From a virus (taxonomy: Duplodnaviria > Caudoviricetes), in IMG/VR virus record IMGVR_UViG_3300010381_000010, positions 1 to 49,997 of that record: a stretch of 49,997 bases of DNA; one strand, given 5' to 3'. Positions within the stretch are counted from its first letter, which is position 1. Every line of letters starts with the position of its first letter. The notes under the pieces are model-generated. The model saw only the letters and a program-made list of their open reading frames with translations, was not told where the DNA came from and ran no database searches. The translations under genes and the position numbers were made by a program. This document shows, in pieces, positions 17,209 through 26,180 of the stretch.

Positions 17209-18033
17209 TTACTTCCACTTTATGAGGGGAGCCACATAGACATTGATGGGGCGTGATTCGTTGCCACCTGTATAGCCGATGTAATACGGCCCATCACCGT
17301 GCTCATTATCACCCCAGGCCCATTCACCGCCTGATGATACCCATTGATATCCAAAACCAGAGAGTTGATGTCTATGCGATCGCAACTGATCCCCCTGGTA
17401 CGAACCGGGGAGATTGTACGTTGACCCTGCCGCAGGCGTTCGTGAACTTTGATCAGGATCGCGCCCAGTCGACGACGCCCAGTAGCGTGGGAAATAACCG
17501 AGATGGTCCGGGATCTTAAAAGTCGTTGCCCCATCACCGGCCCCGTATCTTGTCCCGATCGCGGCAAAAAGATCGGCATAGGTTGTCCGGGAAAGGATGG
17601 CACCATCACGCAACAGGAAGTTGTCAGGCACGACATCCGTGGCCCAATCAACCAAGGCCCCGGGCGGAAGTAGAGCAAGCTTCTCAACGGTTGTTTTGAG
17701 CGTGGTGATCCTTGTGCTGAGTTCTTCTGTTGCCGCAGTCAACCACGCTTCAAGAACGGTCGATGTCACCCGCAAGGCAAAGACATCACCGGCATTAAAT
17801 GCCGCCGCCGTGGTTCCATCCTGGCCACGCTCAACTGTGAACGTATTTCCAGTACGTCCAGTTACCTTGATTATTTCACGCTGATATGAAGCAGACTCCA
17901 GGACAGCATAGGTATAGTCGTCCGAGCCGAACGAAGGGAATGTCGAGGCGTCGGCAACGGAAATTTGCGTGTCTGATGCAGTGATGCCAAGGGCCAGCGT
18001 TGATCTGGCAAAATTTGCGAGCTTCACAGCCAT
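17209..18033 (-). CDS. Tail fibre protein with tail collar domain
   Basis: P.GA...W....PD.FL..DG..LSRTTYA.LFAAIGT.YGAGDGATTF.IPD; C-terminal TGGNESRP.N. Confidence 0.85.
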   Translation of the reverse strand: MAVKLANFARSTLALGITASDTQISVADASTFPSFGSDDYTYAVLESASYQREIIKVTGRTGNTFTVERGQDGTTAAAFNAGDVFALRVTSTVLEAWLTAATEELSTRITTLKTTVEKLALLPPGALVDWATDVVPDNFLLRDGAILSRTTYADLFAAIGTRYGAGDGATTFKIPDHLGYFPRYWASSTGRDPDQSSRTPAAGSTYNLPGSYQGDQLRSHRHQLSGFGYQWVSSGGEWAWGDNEHGDGPYYIGYTGGNESRPINVYVAPLIKWK

Positions 18034-18037
18034 ATGA

Positions 18038-18688
18038 TCATCCGAATCTCACGGGCCTGGCCGTGAGCGTCTTGTTGGTGCCGCCGGTGGCGAGCCTGGC
18101 CACAGCCTTCGTGACGGCCTGGTTAAAAAGACCCCCATGGTACACGGCCAACTCGGAATTGGACCATGTCTTCCCGGGGACGGCGCAAAGTTGCGACAGG
18201 GCCCCGGACGCCAGGGCCGATCGCCAATCCTCGAAAAACCAAGCCGGAAATGTGCCCGCGTCGGATGTCGGCTTCAGGGATCCCCGAACCGTCAGCACAT
18301 CATCTTCGTCGTTGGCTGGCGTGGGGTATAGCCGGAGCATTTGAGCGTCATCGTCCTGGACGAGCTGATAGGAGAGCGGCATGCCTTGCGGAGCAACCGT
18401 CCATCCGGACACACCGAAATCAAGATCGGTGTCCGTATAAGGTGAGAGCTTCAAGCCGTTGTATGATGCCGAAAGGATGGTGATTATGCGTGAATCAAGA
18501 GGAGGGACAAGGTCGTAGTCTCTCAGTCCAGAGACAAGTGAAATAGGATCCAGCGTTGTGGCCCAGTACCCTGTCCTTTCGCAAAACGAATCGACCGAAT
18601 GCTTGAGCGCTTCGCGGATAGAGAGAGGCGGACAACCAGGGACATCAACGGCCACCAGAGAAACGAAATCGTCCCATGCGTTAGCCAT
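18038..18688 (-). CDS. Head-tail adaptor / tail tubular protein A-like
   Basis: MANAWDDF...VPGCP...FCERT..W...LRLYPTP...PGKTWS; overlaps the upstream adaptor stop. Confidence 0.7.
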   Translation of the reverse strand: MANAWDDFVSLVAVDVPGCPPLSIREALKHSVDSFCERTGYWATTLDPISLVSGLRDYDLVPPLDSRIITILSASYNGLKLSPYTDTDLDFGVSGWTVAPQGMPLSYQLVQDDDAQMLRLYPTPANDEDDVLTVRGSLKPTSDAGTFPAWFFEDWRSALASGALSQLCAVPGKTWSNSELAVYHGGLFNQAVTKAVARLATGGTNKTLTARPVRFG

Positions 18689-19385
18689 TGGTCGGCATCC
18701 CCTTGTTGGCGAGATACAGCTCCGCCAGATTCGGAACAATGAGGTTCGCAACGGACTTCTCTTGCCCAAGTTCGACGCTGAAACACTGATAATGATGGAG
18801 CGCCTTGGAACTCGAACTGGAGTCATCAAGTTCGAGGTTTAGCGCGAGATACATCATCCAGTGGAAGATTGGAGAAAAGTAGATGTCGTCGAGTGCAAGT
18901 GTGTCAGTCTCAGCCACGCAAGCTTCAGGTTTCATGGACACACCCAACTCGACAAAAACGCTATCCCCGGTAGCAAGCGGCGGGTACACGTAGAAGGTTT
19001 TTGGCACTCGATCGTCGTAGACATACGATTCGATCTCGGAGATGGATGTGGTATTTACTCCCCATGTCACGAGCTGCGCATCCAGGGTGCCACGATCCGT
19101 CAGCGCCACATGCCGTCCGGGTGAGAGTCCATCGGCTCCAAGGTTCCTGGTGATCGTGAGCAGCCGCAGGGCCGAAGCGGGGATCGCTTGCCTCGCCCCG
19201 GCCACGAGCTGCATAGCGGTAAACTCCGAGGACGCCTCGGGGACATTTTTTACAACCTGGAGCTGCGCCCGGTTGACGAAGTCCAGAAGCCTCGGTTTGG
19301 GCCACCGCACGTACCCTTCGCCGGTCTCCGGATCGAGGTCGTGGAGCGCCCACGCGACCGCTTCAATGACGTCCTTGGCGATCAT
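18681..19385 (-). CDS. Phage adaptor (head-tail connector) protein
   Basis: VRW....LL..VN.AQ, L.AG.RQ.IP, FYVYPP motifs; position after the capsid. Confidence 0.7.
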   Translation of the reverse strand: MIAKDVIEAVAWALHDLDPETGEGYVRWPKPRLLDFVNRAQLQVVKNVPEASSEFTAMQLVAGARQAIPASALRLLTITRNLGADGLSPGRHVALTDRGTLDAQLVTWGVNTTSISEIESYVYDDRVPKTFYVYPPLATGDSVFVELGVSMKPEACVAETDTLALDDIYFSPIFHWMMYLALNLELDDSSSSSKALHHYQCFSVELGQEKSVANLIVPNLAELYLANKGMPTNG

Positions 19386-19390
19386 GGCGA

Positions 19391-19726
19391 TTACATCCGC
19401 TGATAGGGAAAACGCGGGACGGTCCGGCTGTTTCCCTTGCTGTCGTAGAGGGTCTGCATGGCCAAGTCGGCCACGTGCAGATACTCTTCGGGTATTTCGA
19501 CGACTTCTTCGCGTTTGACGCGAAGGACCTTGCCTTCCAGACCGAGCAACACGTCATCGCGCCCGTCCTCATTGGCCCCGTTGAAAAACTTGACACGGAC
19601 GCGCTTGGAGGCGGATGCCGCGGCGTCCTGCGCCTGGGCCTGGTCTTCGGCCTGCTGGCTGGCGGCCTCGGCCATCTCCATGGTTTCTTCCTGGGAATCC
19701 GCTTCGGGGGTCTTGTCTTTGGCCAT
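19391..19726 (-). CDS. Phage hypothetical (head-associated) protein
   Basis: 111 aa, AAGGAG RBS; DV..G..G.....KR...VEIPE. Confidence 0.7.
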   Translation of the reverse strand: MAKDKTPEADSQEETMEMAEAASQQAEDQAQAQDAAASASKRVRVKFFNGANEDGRDDVLLGLEGKVLRVKREEVVEIPEEYLHVADLAMQTLYDSKGNSRTVPRFPYQRM

Positions 19727-19743
19727 GGGGTATCTCCTTGGTT

Positions 19744-19768
19744 AAGGGGCGGGCTATGCCCGCCCCTT
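19744..19768 (-). terminator. Stem-loop after the capsid genes
   Basis: AAGGGGCGGGC-tat-GCCCGCCCCTT perfect 11-bp stem; weak U-tract. Confidence 0.65.
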
Positions 19769-19776
19769 GTTGGCGT

Positions 19777-19983
19777 TTAGCCCGGGAACGTGGCCCGGGT
19801 GCCTCCGGACTTGCCGGGGGCATCGGTCGCAGGCTTGGACGTGAAGGTGTCGTCCGTCGCGCTCTGCTGGTGCGTGTGGTTGTCGAAGGCGTCTTTCAGG
19901 GCGAAGAACGCCCGGAACATGGCGTCGCGCGTGGCGGCGTCCGGGATGTTGTTGAGGGCTTCGGCGATGTTGGTCATGCTCAT
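19777..19983 (-). CDS. Small capsid-adjacent protein
   Basis: 68 aa, GGAGG RBS, FDNHTH motif. Confidence 0.65.
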   Translation of the reverse strand: MSMTNIAEALNNIPDAATRDAMFRAFFALKDAFDNHTHQQSATDDTFTSKPATDAPGKSGGTRATFPG

Positions 19984-20004
19984 GTCATCCTCCAGACGCG
20001 CCGC

Positions 20005-20988
20005 TTACAGCGCGCTCACGGCGACTTCGGCCCGGGCCATCCACAGGTCGTTGAGGATCACGGCCGTCTGCATGGTCTTCCAGCTGACGTGGCTGCGCTG
20101 CGCCATCGGATCGGAATCGGACGGCTTGGCGTTCACGACCATGGGAATAACGGCGTACTTCCCCTTGAGGGCGATCAGGCCGTAGGCATCGGCGCCCACG
20201 TAGATGATCGGGTAGACGTCGGCCTTCGTGCCGGTGGTGGACAGCATCGTGCCCTTGTCGCCGCCGGCGTCCTCCCAGGGCTCGAAGATGGTCGAGGTCA
20301 CGTACCGGACGTCCTCGACCTTGCCGATCTCGCTCGGGAACGGGGTGATCTGGCCGTAGTGCTCCACGCTGACGAATCCGGGCATGCTGCGAATATCCGC
20401 TTCGAGGTTGGGATGGCACATGCCGACGTAGCAGGCCTGGACCGGACTGGTGTTGTAATTGGCCGACGCGGCGACGACCTTTGTCACCTTCTTGGCGTTC
20501 TGGTTCTTGAGCGCCCGGGTGATCTTGCGCTGCATGGTCAGGGACACGGCGGTATTGACGTCGGTTCGGGCGCTCCCGTTGGCGAAGAAGACGTTCGTGC
20601 CCGCCTTGATGATGCCGAACCGGACGGCCTCGACCATGTTCGCCGCCTGCTCGGACAGCACATCCGAAGCCTCGGACAGGACCGGGTCTTCATGGGTGTC
20701 GGTGATGACGTCGGAGACGGTGATACGGTCACCGACTTGCGCCAGGGTGGCGGTAATGTCGCTGACAGTCAGGCTGGTGGCGTCAGGGGTCACGCCTTCG
20801 GAAAGGACCTTGGGCGTGAAGGCCAGACTGTTGTAGCGCCGGAACTTCATGGTCTTGGAACTGTTGGTGGGCAACGGCTTGGCCTGCCCGAACTGTTCGA
20901 TGACCAGGAACGGGATCGCACGCTCCAGGAGCTGCTTGGACGCATACGCGGCGGTACGCGGGGAAATGTCACCGTAGACGGTAGTCAT
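20005..20988 (-). CDS. Major capsid protein, N4-gp56 family
   Basis: YGDISPRTAAY...FGQ.KPLP.NSSKT.KFRRY...EGVTP...SD.I.DTHEDPVL...EIGKVE.VRY...SDP..QR..V.WK. Confidence 0.9.
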   Translation of the reverse strand: MTTVYGDISPRTAAYASKQLLERAIPFLVIEQFGQAKPLPTNSSKTMKFRRYNSLAFTPKVLSEGVTPDATSLTVSDITATLAQVGDRITVSDVITDTHEDPVLSEASDVLSEQAANMVEAVRFGIIKAGTNVFFANGSARTDVNTAVSLTMQRKITRALKNQNAKKVTKVVAASANYNTSPVQACYVGMCHPNLEADIRSMPGFVSVEHYGQITPFPSEIGKVEDVRYVTSTIFEPWEDAGGDKGTMLSTTGTKADVYPIIYVGADAYGLIALKGKYAVIPMVVNAKPSDSDPMAQRSHVSWKTMQTAVILNDLWMARAEVAVSAL

Positions 20989-20998
20989 GGCTTAATCC

Positions 20999-21991
20999 TT
21001 ATCGCCTCGTGCCAGTGGCCTCGGCCCACGCGCTATCGAAGTCGTTGGGATCGGGCGCGGCCGGCGGGATGCCGGTGCTCCGACCGCGAACAGGGGCGGC
21101 GGCCGTGACCCGGCGCGGGTCTTGTTTTTGCGGTTTGGGCTCTTTGGGGGTGACAGGCGGCGCATTGCGCTTGGCCTGCCAGTCCTTGAAGTAGGAAAGG
21201 AGGGCGATGACCTGCTGTGGTGTGCCGGACTTGATGATGTTCACCGCAACCTGACCATCGGCATAAGGCAGACCCATCACGAACCCGGCGAACTCGGGGT
21301 TGAAGACATCCGAGGGGTCTTTCGGGTTCGGGTTGCTGACGAGTTGCATCCAGCCCGGGTGGGCCGCCTCGATGGCCGAGTAATGCTCTTTTTCGGCGCG
21401 CCGCCCGAGCTCGTCCTTCACCTCGGCGGTCATGCCTTCCGCCACGTCCGAGTTGACCTCGTAGAGCGTCAGGACTTCGTCCTCACCATGGTTGACCAGC
21501 ATCTTCTGCCAGGCAGAGCCCTTGGCCCCGTCGATGGTGACCTTGGAGATCTCGGGGTGTTTCTGGCGAAACGCCTCGATCTCCTCCTTCTCCACTTCAT
21601 CGGGGTCAAACGACACAGCCGGCTTCTGCGGTCGGCCAGATTCCAGCTTTTTCAGCCGGCGCTGGTACTCTTCCTTTTGCGCGTCGATGCGGCCCTCGAG
21701 GCTTTTGCGGGCCTGCTCGGATCGCTCGAAAAGCGTCTTGTAATCAGGCTCCGGCTCAAGCTTTTGAGGGGCCGCCGGCGTATCCTGGCGGTCAGACTGG
21801 TTGTCCGGAACCGGAGATGGCTCCGGGTTTTCCTCGACATCGGAGGGCGGCGTAGCCGTGTCCTCCGGCGTTGGCTCGGGGGCGTTCTCAGGCGCATCGG
21901 GGGCCGGCGAAGCGGTGTCCTCGGGAACGTCCAGAGTGCCGGCGACGGCCTCCGCAAAGGCTTCCTCGAAACTTTGGTCTTTCGGATCCAT
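20999..21991 (-). CDS. Capsid scaffolding protein
   Basis: Acidic P-rich N-terminus, coiled coil, I..AHP.W, C-terminal DFDSAWAEA; GGAGG RBS; directly upstream of the capsid gene. Confidence 0.75.
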   Translation of the reverse strand: MDPKDQSFEEAFAEAVAGTLDVPEDTASPAPDAPENAPEPTPEDTATPPSDVEENPEPSPVPDNQSDRQDTPAAPQKLEPEPDYKTLFERSEQARKSLEGRIDAQKEEYQRRLKKLESGRPQKPAVSFDPDEVEKEEIEAFRQKHPEISKVTIDGAKGSAWQKMLVNHGEDEVLTLYEVNSDVAEGMTAEVKDELGRRAEKEHYSAIEAAHPGWMQLVSNPNPKDPSDVFNPEFAGFVMGLPYADGQVAVNIIKSGTPQQVIALLSYFKDWQAKRNAPPVTPKEPKPQKQDPRRVTAAAPVRGRSTGIPPAAPDPNDFDSAWAEATGTRR

Positions 21992-22091
21992 GGTCCCTCC
22001 GGGCCGACATAGGTCGGTGTCCTTTTCAAGGGCCGCTATGCTCGGTGTCCTTTGGTTTTTGGTTGCCCAAAGCGTTATTGCCTTGGAAAAT

Positions 22092-22137
22092 AAAAAAGGG
22101 ACCACACCTCCAAGCTGTCGCTGGAGAAATGGTCCCT
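22092..22137 (-). terminator. Long bulged terminator/attenuator upstream of scaffold-capsid
   Basis: Minus strand AGGGACCA..CTCCAGC-gaca-GCTTGGAG..TGGTCCCT followed by a U-run. Confidence 0.7.
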
Positions 22138-22178
22138 CGAATCACCGCTATGCGGTTTCTTGGGTAACCTAATAAAAA

Positions 22179-22322
22179 CTAACGAAACGTCTCAGTCGTT
22201 GTAACTTGGAGCGAGCCGCATTGGCCCTGACTAAAATCAAGCGTTATAGACAAGCGTCCAGTAAACTTTGACGCCGCCAATGCTGTCAAAGTAGCTATAA
22301 TTTTGTCAAGAAATTTTTTCAA
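22179..22322 (-). CDS. Small protein, possibly YezD/DUF2292-like, 47 aa, absent from the ORF track
   Basis: TTG start with AAAAGG upstream; MKKFLDKIIATLTALAASKFTGRLSITLDFSQGQCGSLQVTTTETFR. Confidence 0.6.
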   Translation of the reverse strand: MKKFLDKIIATLTALAASKFTGRLSITLDFSQGQCGSLQVTTTETFR

Positions 22323-22447
22323 CTACAGTACCTTTTAATTTAATAAATAGACTATACTAAACAATACTATCCGGAAGCAAAATCAACGACGATATCTTCA
22401 ACTTTGGCCACAGTTGCCGCCGGCGTCGATGGAGAGGATGCGCCGAA

Positions 22448-22948
22448 TCATGATGTCACCCCCAGGATGGCATCGGCCCGGGCCTGGTCGAATCCGTCGA
22501 TTTTGCCGACGAGATAATTCACGCCTTTGACTACGGGGGGATACGTGAGATCAATGCCGGTACTGGCTGCGCCCTGGACGCGAACCCAGAACAGATCCAC
22601 GTCGCTGTCCGTTTTGGCTAATTCACGGGCCGCTTTTAATTCGGTTTCGGTGAACCGTGCGTAAAACGCGGTGACGCTCATGGTGGTCACCACTGGCGGA
22701 TTGTCGATCCCACCGCGCCACGCCGTGACGGCTTCCAGAGTCAGCGGATTAAACAAGCAATGCCGCTCGCCGGTGGCGTCCTCGTAGACCACGGCCGGAT
22801 ATCCTCGGAACGCAGGCATGAGCGCCACGGCCGCCGCGTGGTCGGTGACCACGTCGCCCGGGATAGGATCGGCCGCTTGCCAGATGGTCAGCAAGTCACG
22901 ACTAGACTGGACTAGATCCGAATGAAGCAGAAAAAGCCCCTGTGCCAT
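22448..22948 (-). CDS. Hypothetical tail-fibre-associated protein
   Basis: MAQGLF start coupled to upstream stop (TAATG); C-terminal F.ARFT..E...IDL..P..GV.YL...RADAIL. Confidence 0.65.
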   Translation of the reverse strand: MAQGLFLLHSDLVQSSRDLLTIWQAADPIPGDVVTDHAAAVALMPAFRGYPAVVYEDATGERHCLFNPLTLEAVTAWRGGIDNPPVVTTMSVTAFYARFTETELKAARELAKTDSDVDLFWVRVQGAASTGIDLTYPPVVKGVNYLVGKIDGFDQARADAILGVTS

Positions 22949-23949
22949 TATGCCCACCCCATTTGAGATAATGTTTTTGTAACAGCCGATCCAGCGCCGC
23001 CATTTCCACCAGCCGGCGAGCCTCCGCCCAACGCACCAGGGGCGGATATCGATCCAGCATTTGACAATGTGCCACCATAAAATAGCCCCGCGAACCCACC
23101 GCCAGCCTGGCCGTATCCGCCAGAAGCAAGGTATTGTACAGCTGCCGATCTGATATACCCACCGCTTGCTATACTCACGTTGCCGCGACATATGACGATC
23201 AGTGGAGCCCCTCCGTACCGGGCCGAGTACTGGTCAGCGTCCTGGTAGTAACCTCCTCCCTCTGCCGCATCCGATCCGGTCCCGCCACCCCACATCTGTC
23301 CTGGAGCGGCAAAACCATTGGATGACAAATACATGCCGCCGCATCCGCCACCGGCTGAGGCATTAGTCCCGGCACCGCCAGGGTTACCATTAGATTGACC
23401 GCTGAGAGCGCTATATCGCGAACCACGTGATCCGCGCCCCGTGGCTGTCATGATGGCCGTGCCGCGTGCGGGCCAATCGGCATAATCTGTCTGGATATCT
23501 CCCATGGATGGCGGTGATAGGGCGAAAAGCGTAGGATCAAAAATTGCAAAGCCCGTATCGCGTATCCACGCCAAAAATTTCTGGGCTGGTGTTACCTTCC
23601 CAGAAATAACAGCAAACGATGGAATTGTGATATTCTGCGGTATCCACGTGGCAGAGCCGACAGCCCCCAGGCCATCCATGTGGATACCGCACGATGCCCC
23701 GATTGCAAGGGACTCGCACAGCACAATCAAACCTCTGCATCGATTAGATGCGGATAGCACTGAGTTAACCGTTAACGATCCGCAGCGAACCACTTGAATA
23801 GGGCCATCAAGTGTCGTGGGAAGGCTGGTCGCGCTGCTGATTGTCACGTCTCCCTGGCTGCGATAGAGCGCAAAGAGGTTGGCCAGATTGGCACCTGGGG
23901 CAGCCAATGGCAGTTTATAACGCCAACCGCTTGGATACCGAACGCCCAT
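22948..23949 (-). CDS. Glycine-rich tail fibre/spike-like protein
   Basis: 333 aa with GxGG repeats in the C-terminal half; translational coupling. Confidence 0.6.
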   Translation of the reverse strand: MGVRYPSGWRYKLPLAAPGANLANLFALYRSQGDVTISSATSLPTTLDGPIQVVRCGSLTVNSVLSASNRCRGLIVLCESLAIGASCGIHMDGLGAVGSATWIPQNITIPSFAVISGKVTPAQKFLAWIRDTGFAIFDPTLFALSPPSMGDIQTDYADWPARGTAIMTATGRGSRGSRYSALSGQSNGNPGGAGTNASAGGGCGGMYLSSNGFAAPGQMWGGGTGSDAAEGGGYYQDADQYSARYGGAPLIVICRGNVSIASGGYIRSAAVQYLASGGYGQAGGGFAGLFYGGTLSNAGSISAPGALGGGSPAGGNGGAGSAVTKTLSQMGWA

Positions 23950-24272
23950 TATTTTTCGACCCCGCTGGCGACGAAAGACACAGCAGCCACGTCTGATTGC
24001 ACACGGATTTTATCCGGCGTGGCAGATGCCGCCATAAAGATTTTTGTGTCAATGTGGACGGATTCAGCTGGGGCCAGGCGCCCAAGCCACAGAGTTCCGA
24101 GCGTGGCGTCATTCGAGTCGGAAAGCGTCACGGATACGGCGGCCATACTTTCAGAGTCCGTGTTACAGATGATAAAACCAGCAATGCCAACGGAGAGACT
24201 ACCGCTCGGAACAACCAGATCAGTGACCGTATCCGCTGCGACCGATGCGAGAGGCCAGTTTCGTAGGATCAT
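23949..24272 (-). CDS. Small beta-sandwich virion protein
   Basis: 107 aa; ICNTD....V.V, L.P.ES, DKIRV.SD...VSF.ASG.E. Confidence 0.65.
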   Translation of the reverse strand: MILRNWPLASVAADTVTDLVVPSGSLSVGIAGFIICNTDSESMAAVSVTLSDSNDATLGTLWLGRLAPAESVHIDTKIFMAASATPDKIRVQSDVAAVSFVASGVEK

Positions 24273-24286
24273 ACGTCCCCCTTCAT

Positions 24287-25303
24287 TCAGCCCAAAACAA
24301 GGGCGGCTAGAACGGCCTCATCTTCTGCCGTGTTAAGCGGTGCGTTGTCCGGGTCCTGGCCGAGCCAAACCTCGGACAGATCGGCCTCCACGGCGACCCC
24401 GGTCACCGTGACCACCACATAGCCGGCATCCGCGTCGTAGAGAGCCCCGGCGACGTAGCCGGTGCCGCCCGAGGTCTGGGTGAGTTTGATCGCCCGACGG
24501 AGCTTGTAGGGGCCTGCCGCTGCCTCGGGGCCAGTGACTGAGAGTTGGTTGTCGTTTATCCGAGAAACGGGGAGCACTTCTTTGAAGACAAGCGTTTCAA
24601 TATCTGACCGAATGGACTGAATATCGGCCTGATTCGTAACTACAGTTTTCTGTGTATATTGAACTGTTTCGGAAAGAGCCTCTATGGCCACATGGTTGGA
24701 CTCGGGGAGACTACCGATGTTTTCCATGGTCTCCAAGGCAGCTTGCGCGCCTTGCGCGGCTTCCTGAGCGTCAGCCAATGCTGCTTCGGCGCCGGCTTCG
24801 GCCGTCTGCGCTCCCGATTCGGACAAGGCCGCAGCAGAGGCAGACTGGCTTGCCGCAGTTGCAGAGGCCTGAGCATTCCCTTCGGAGGCGGAGGAGGTCT
24901 GCGCCGAGGCCGCAGCCTCGCTCGCATATTCTTCCGCCGCTGTCCTGGCGGCATTGGCGTCACGAATGGCTACCTGCGCAACCGAGAGCGCCGGGGCCGG
25001 TTCCAGGTCAACAATGGACATGAGCTGGCAATCGCTGTTGGGGACGTAGGCCAGATAGCGGGTGGTGGACTCTTTTGTCCTGACGGTGACGATATATTGC
25101 GAGGCGTTTGTGCCAAGGGCGTTTGGCCATAGGGCCAAGACAAGCGTACCAGTGAAATCGGTTTTCCCCGAAACTGTCCGACGCACGATCATGCCGTTGT
25201 ATCGATCCTCACGATCCAACTTGGCCGTAACGACTGCACCCTCAACGGGGAGCCCGTCTTGGCCATTGATGACGACCGTTACGTCTACGGTAGGGATTGC
25301 CAC
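24287..25303 (-). CDS. Tail fibre-like protein (N-terminal anchor, Ala-rich coiled stalk)
   Basis: GA.VTA.L...LWPN.LG...SQY N-terminus followed by A/S/E-rich repeats. Confidence 0.65.
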   Translation of the reverse strand: MAIPTVDVTVVINGQDGLPVEGAVVTAKLDREDRYNGMIVRRTVSGKTDFTGTLVLALWPNALGTNASQYIVTVRTKESTTRYLAYVPNSDCQLMSIVDLEPAPALSVAQVAIRDANAARTAAEEYASEAAASAQTSSASEGNAQASATAASQSASAAALSESGAQTAEAGAEAALADAQEAAQGAQAALETMENIGSLPESNHVAIEALSETVQYTQKTVVTNQADIQSIRSDIETLVFKEVLPVSRINDNQLSVTGPEAAAGPYKLRRAIKLTQTSGGTGYVAGALYDADAGYVVVTVTGVAVEADLSEVWLGQDPDNAPLNTAEDEAVLAALVLG

Positions 25304-25501
25304 CTAGTCCTCCAGTGCACGCACTAATCGGCGCAATTCGCTAACTGCTCCTTGCACCTTCTGAAACCGATCAACGGAACATCCGACCAGCTCTTCTTTC
25401 CTTCGCTCAATAGCCGCATGCAACAAATCGACAACGGCCGAATAGGCACCGGACCCTTTATGCCTCCGCAACGACTGAAGTAACTCGTCATAGCTGTCCA
25501 T
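25304..25501 (-). CDS. Small phage protein
   Basis: 65 aa, KEELV...F..VQG...EL motif typical of portal-adjacent proteins. Confidence 0.6.
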   Translation of the reverse strand: MDSYDELLQSLRRHKGSGAYSAVVDLLHAAIERRKEELVGCSVDRFQKVQGAVSELRRLVRALED

Positions 25502-25503
25502 GG

Positions 25504-25860
25504 TTACTCCAGCGCTTCGGCGTCCAAGTCCAGGCCGGAAATGGCAGGGCTTATGCTGGACATTAAACTCGTGGTGTCCCCATTGGCATTGTCCGTGTTG
25601 TCCCAGGCGTCGGAATACTCGTTCCCATCGGGGTCCCAGAGCGTGTTGCCGCTGGCGTCCACCAGTTTTTTGCTATTCGTGCCACCAAGCAGCGTGTCCT
25701 GCCACTTGGCACCAGCCTTCATGGCGTCGTACAGGCCCTGTTTGTCGGTGTAGGTGTCCTTGGTCAGGTCGAGAGCGCCGTTATCATTGAGCCACTTTTC
25801 CAGTTCGGTCTGCTGGGTTGGATCAACAAGGGTGGTGGTCTTCATCGAGGTGGCGGCCAT
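25504..25860 (-). CDS. Hypothetical phage protein
   Basis: 118 aa, AAGGAG RBS, tight packing. Confidence 0.6.
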   Translation of the reverse strand: MAATSMKTTTLVDPTQQTELEKWLNDNGALDLTKDTYTDKQGLYDAMKAGAKWQDTLLGGTNSKKLVDASGNTLWDPDGNEYSDAWDNTDNANGDTTSLMSSISPAISGLDLDAEALE

Positions 25861-25862
25861 GG

Positions 25863-26180
25863 CTACTCCTTCCCTTTACTGTTGGCCTCGTCCCAGGCGG
25901 CATCGAAACTGCTGCCGAACGGATCCATGTCGGTGATCTGCAGGGAAAGGCGATCTCCATCGTCCTCATCCTGTCCCAGGTTCGTTACCGTGGCTTTGGC
26001 CTTGATGAGCACTTCGTCGCCAACGGAAAAATCCTGGACGGATATCTTGAGCTTTTTGAGAGTGTCGTCGTTCAACTCCAAACGCAGACCGTACGGGTAT
26101 TCCCTATTCTCGCTGGACAAAACGAGCCCGGCCACAGAGCTTTTCGCATCTTTCTTCTTGTCAACTTTAAGGCTTTTCAT
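25863..26180 (-). CDS. Possible capsid staple/decoration protein
   Basis: YPYGLRLELNDDTLKKL...VGDEV.I.A.A.V...LSLQITDM. Confidence 0.6.
   Translation of the reverse strand: MKSLKVDKKKDAKSSVAGLVLSSENREYPYGLRLELNDDTLKKLKISVQDFSVGDEVLIKAKATVTNLGQDEDDGDRLSLQITDMDPFGSSFDAAWDEANSKGKE

Noticed and set aside
19615-21108. 497-aa + strand ORF
   Set aside because: Antisense shadow of the major capsid gene, caused by GC3 bias
16463-25303. Diversity-generating retroelement or invertible tail-fibre cassette
   Set aside because: No reverse transcriptase, invertase or template/variable repeat pair seen
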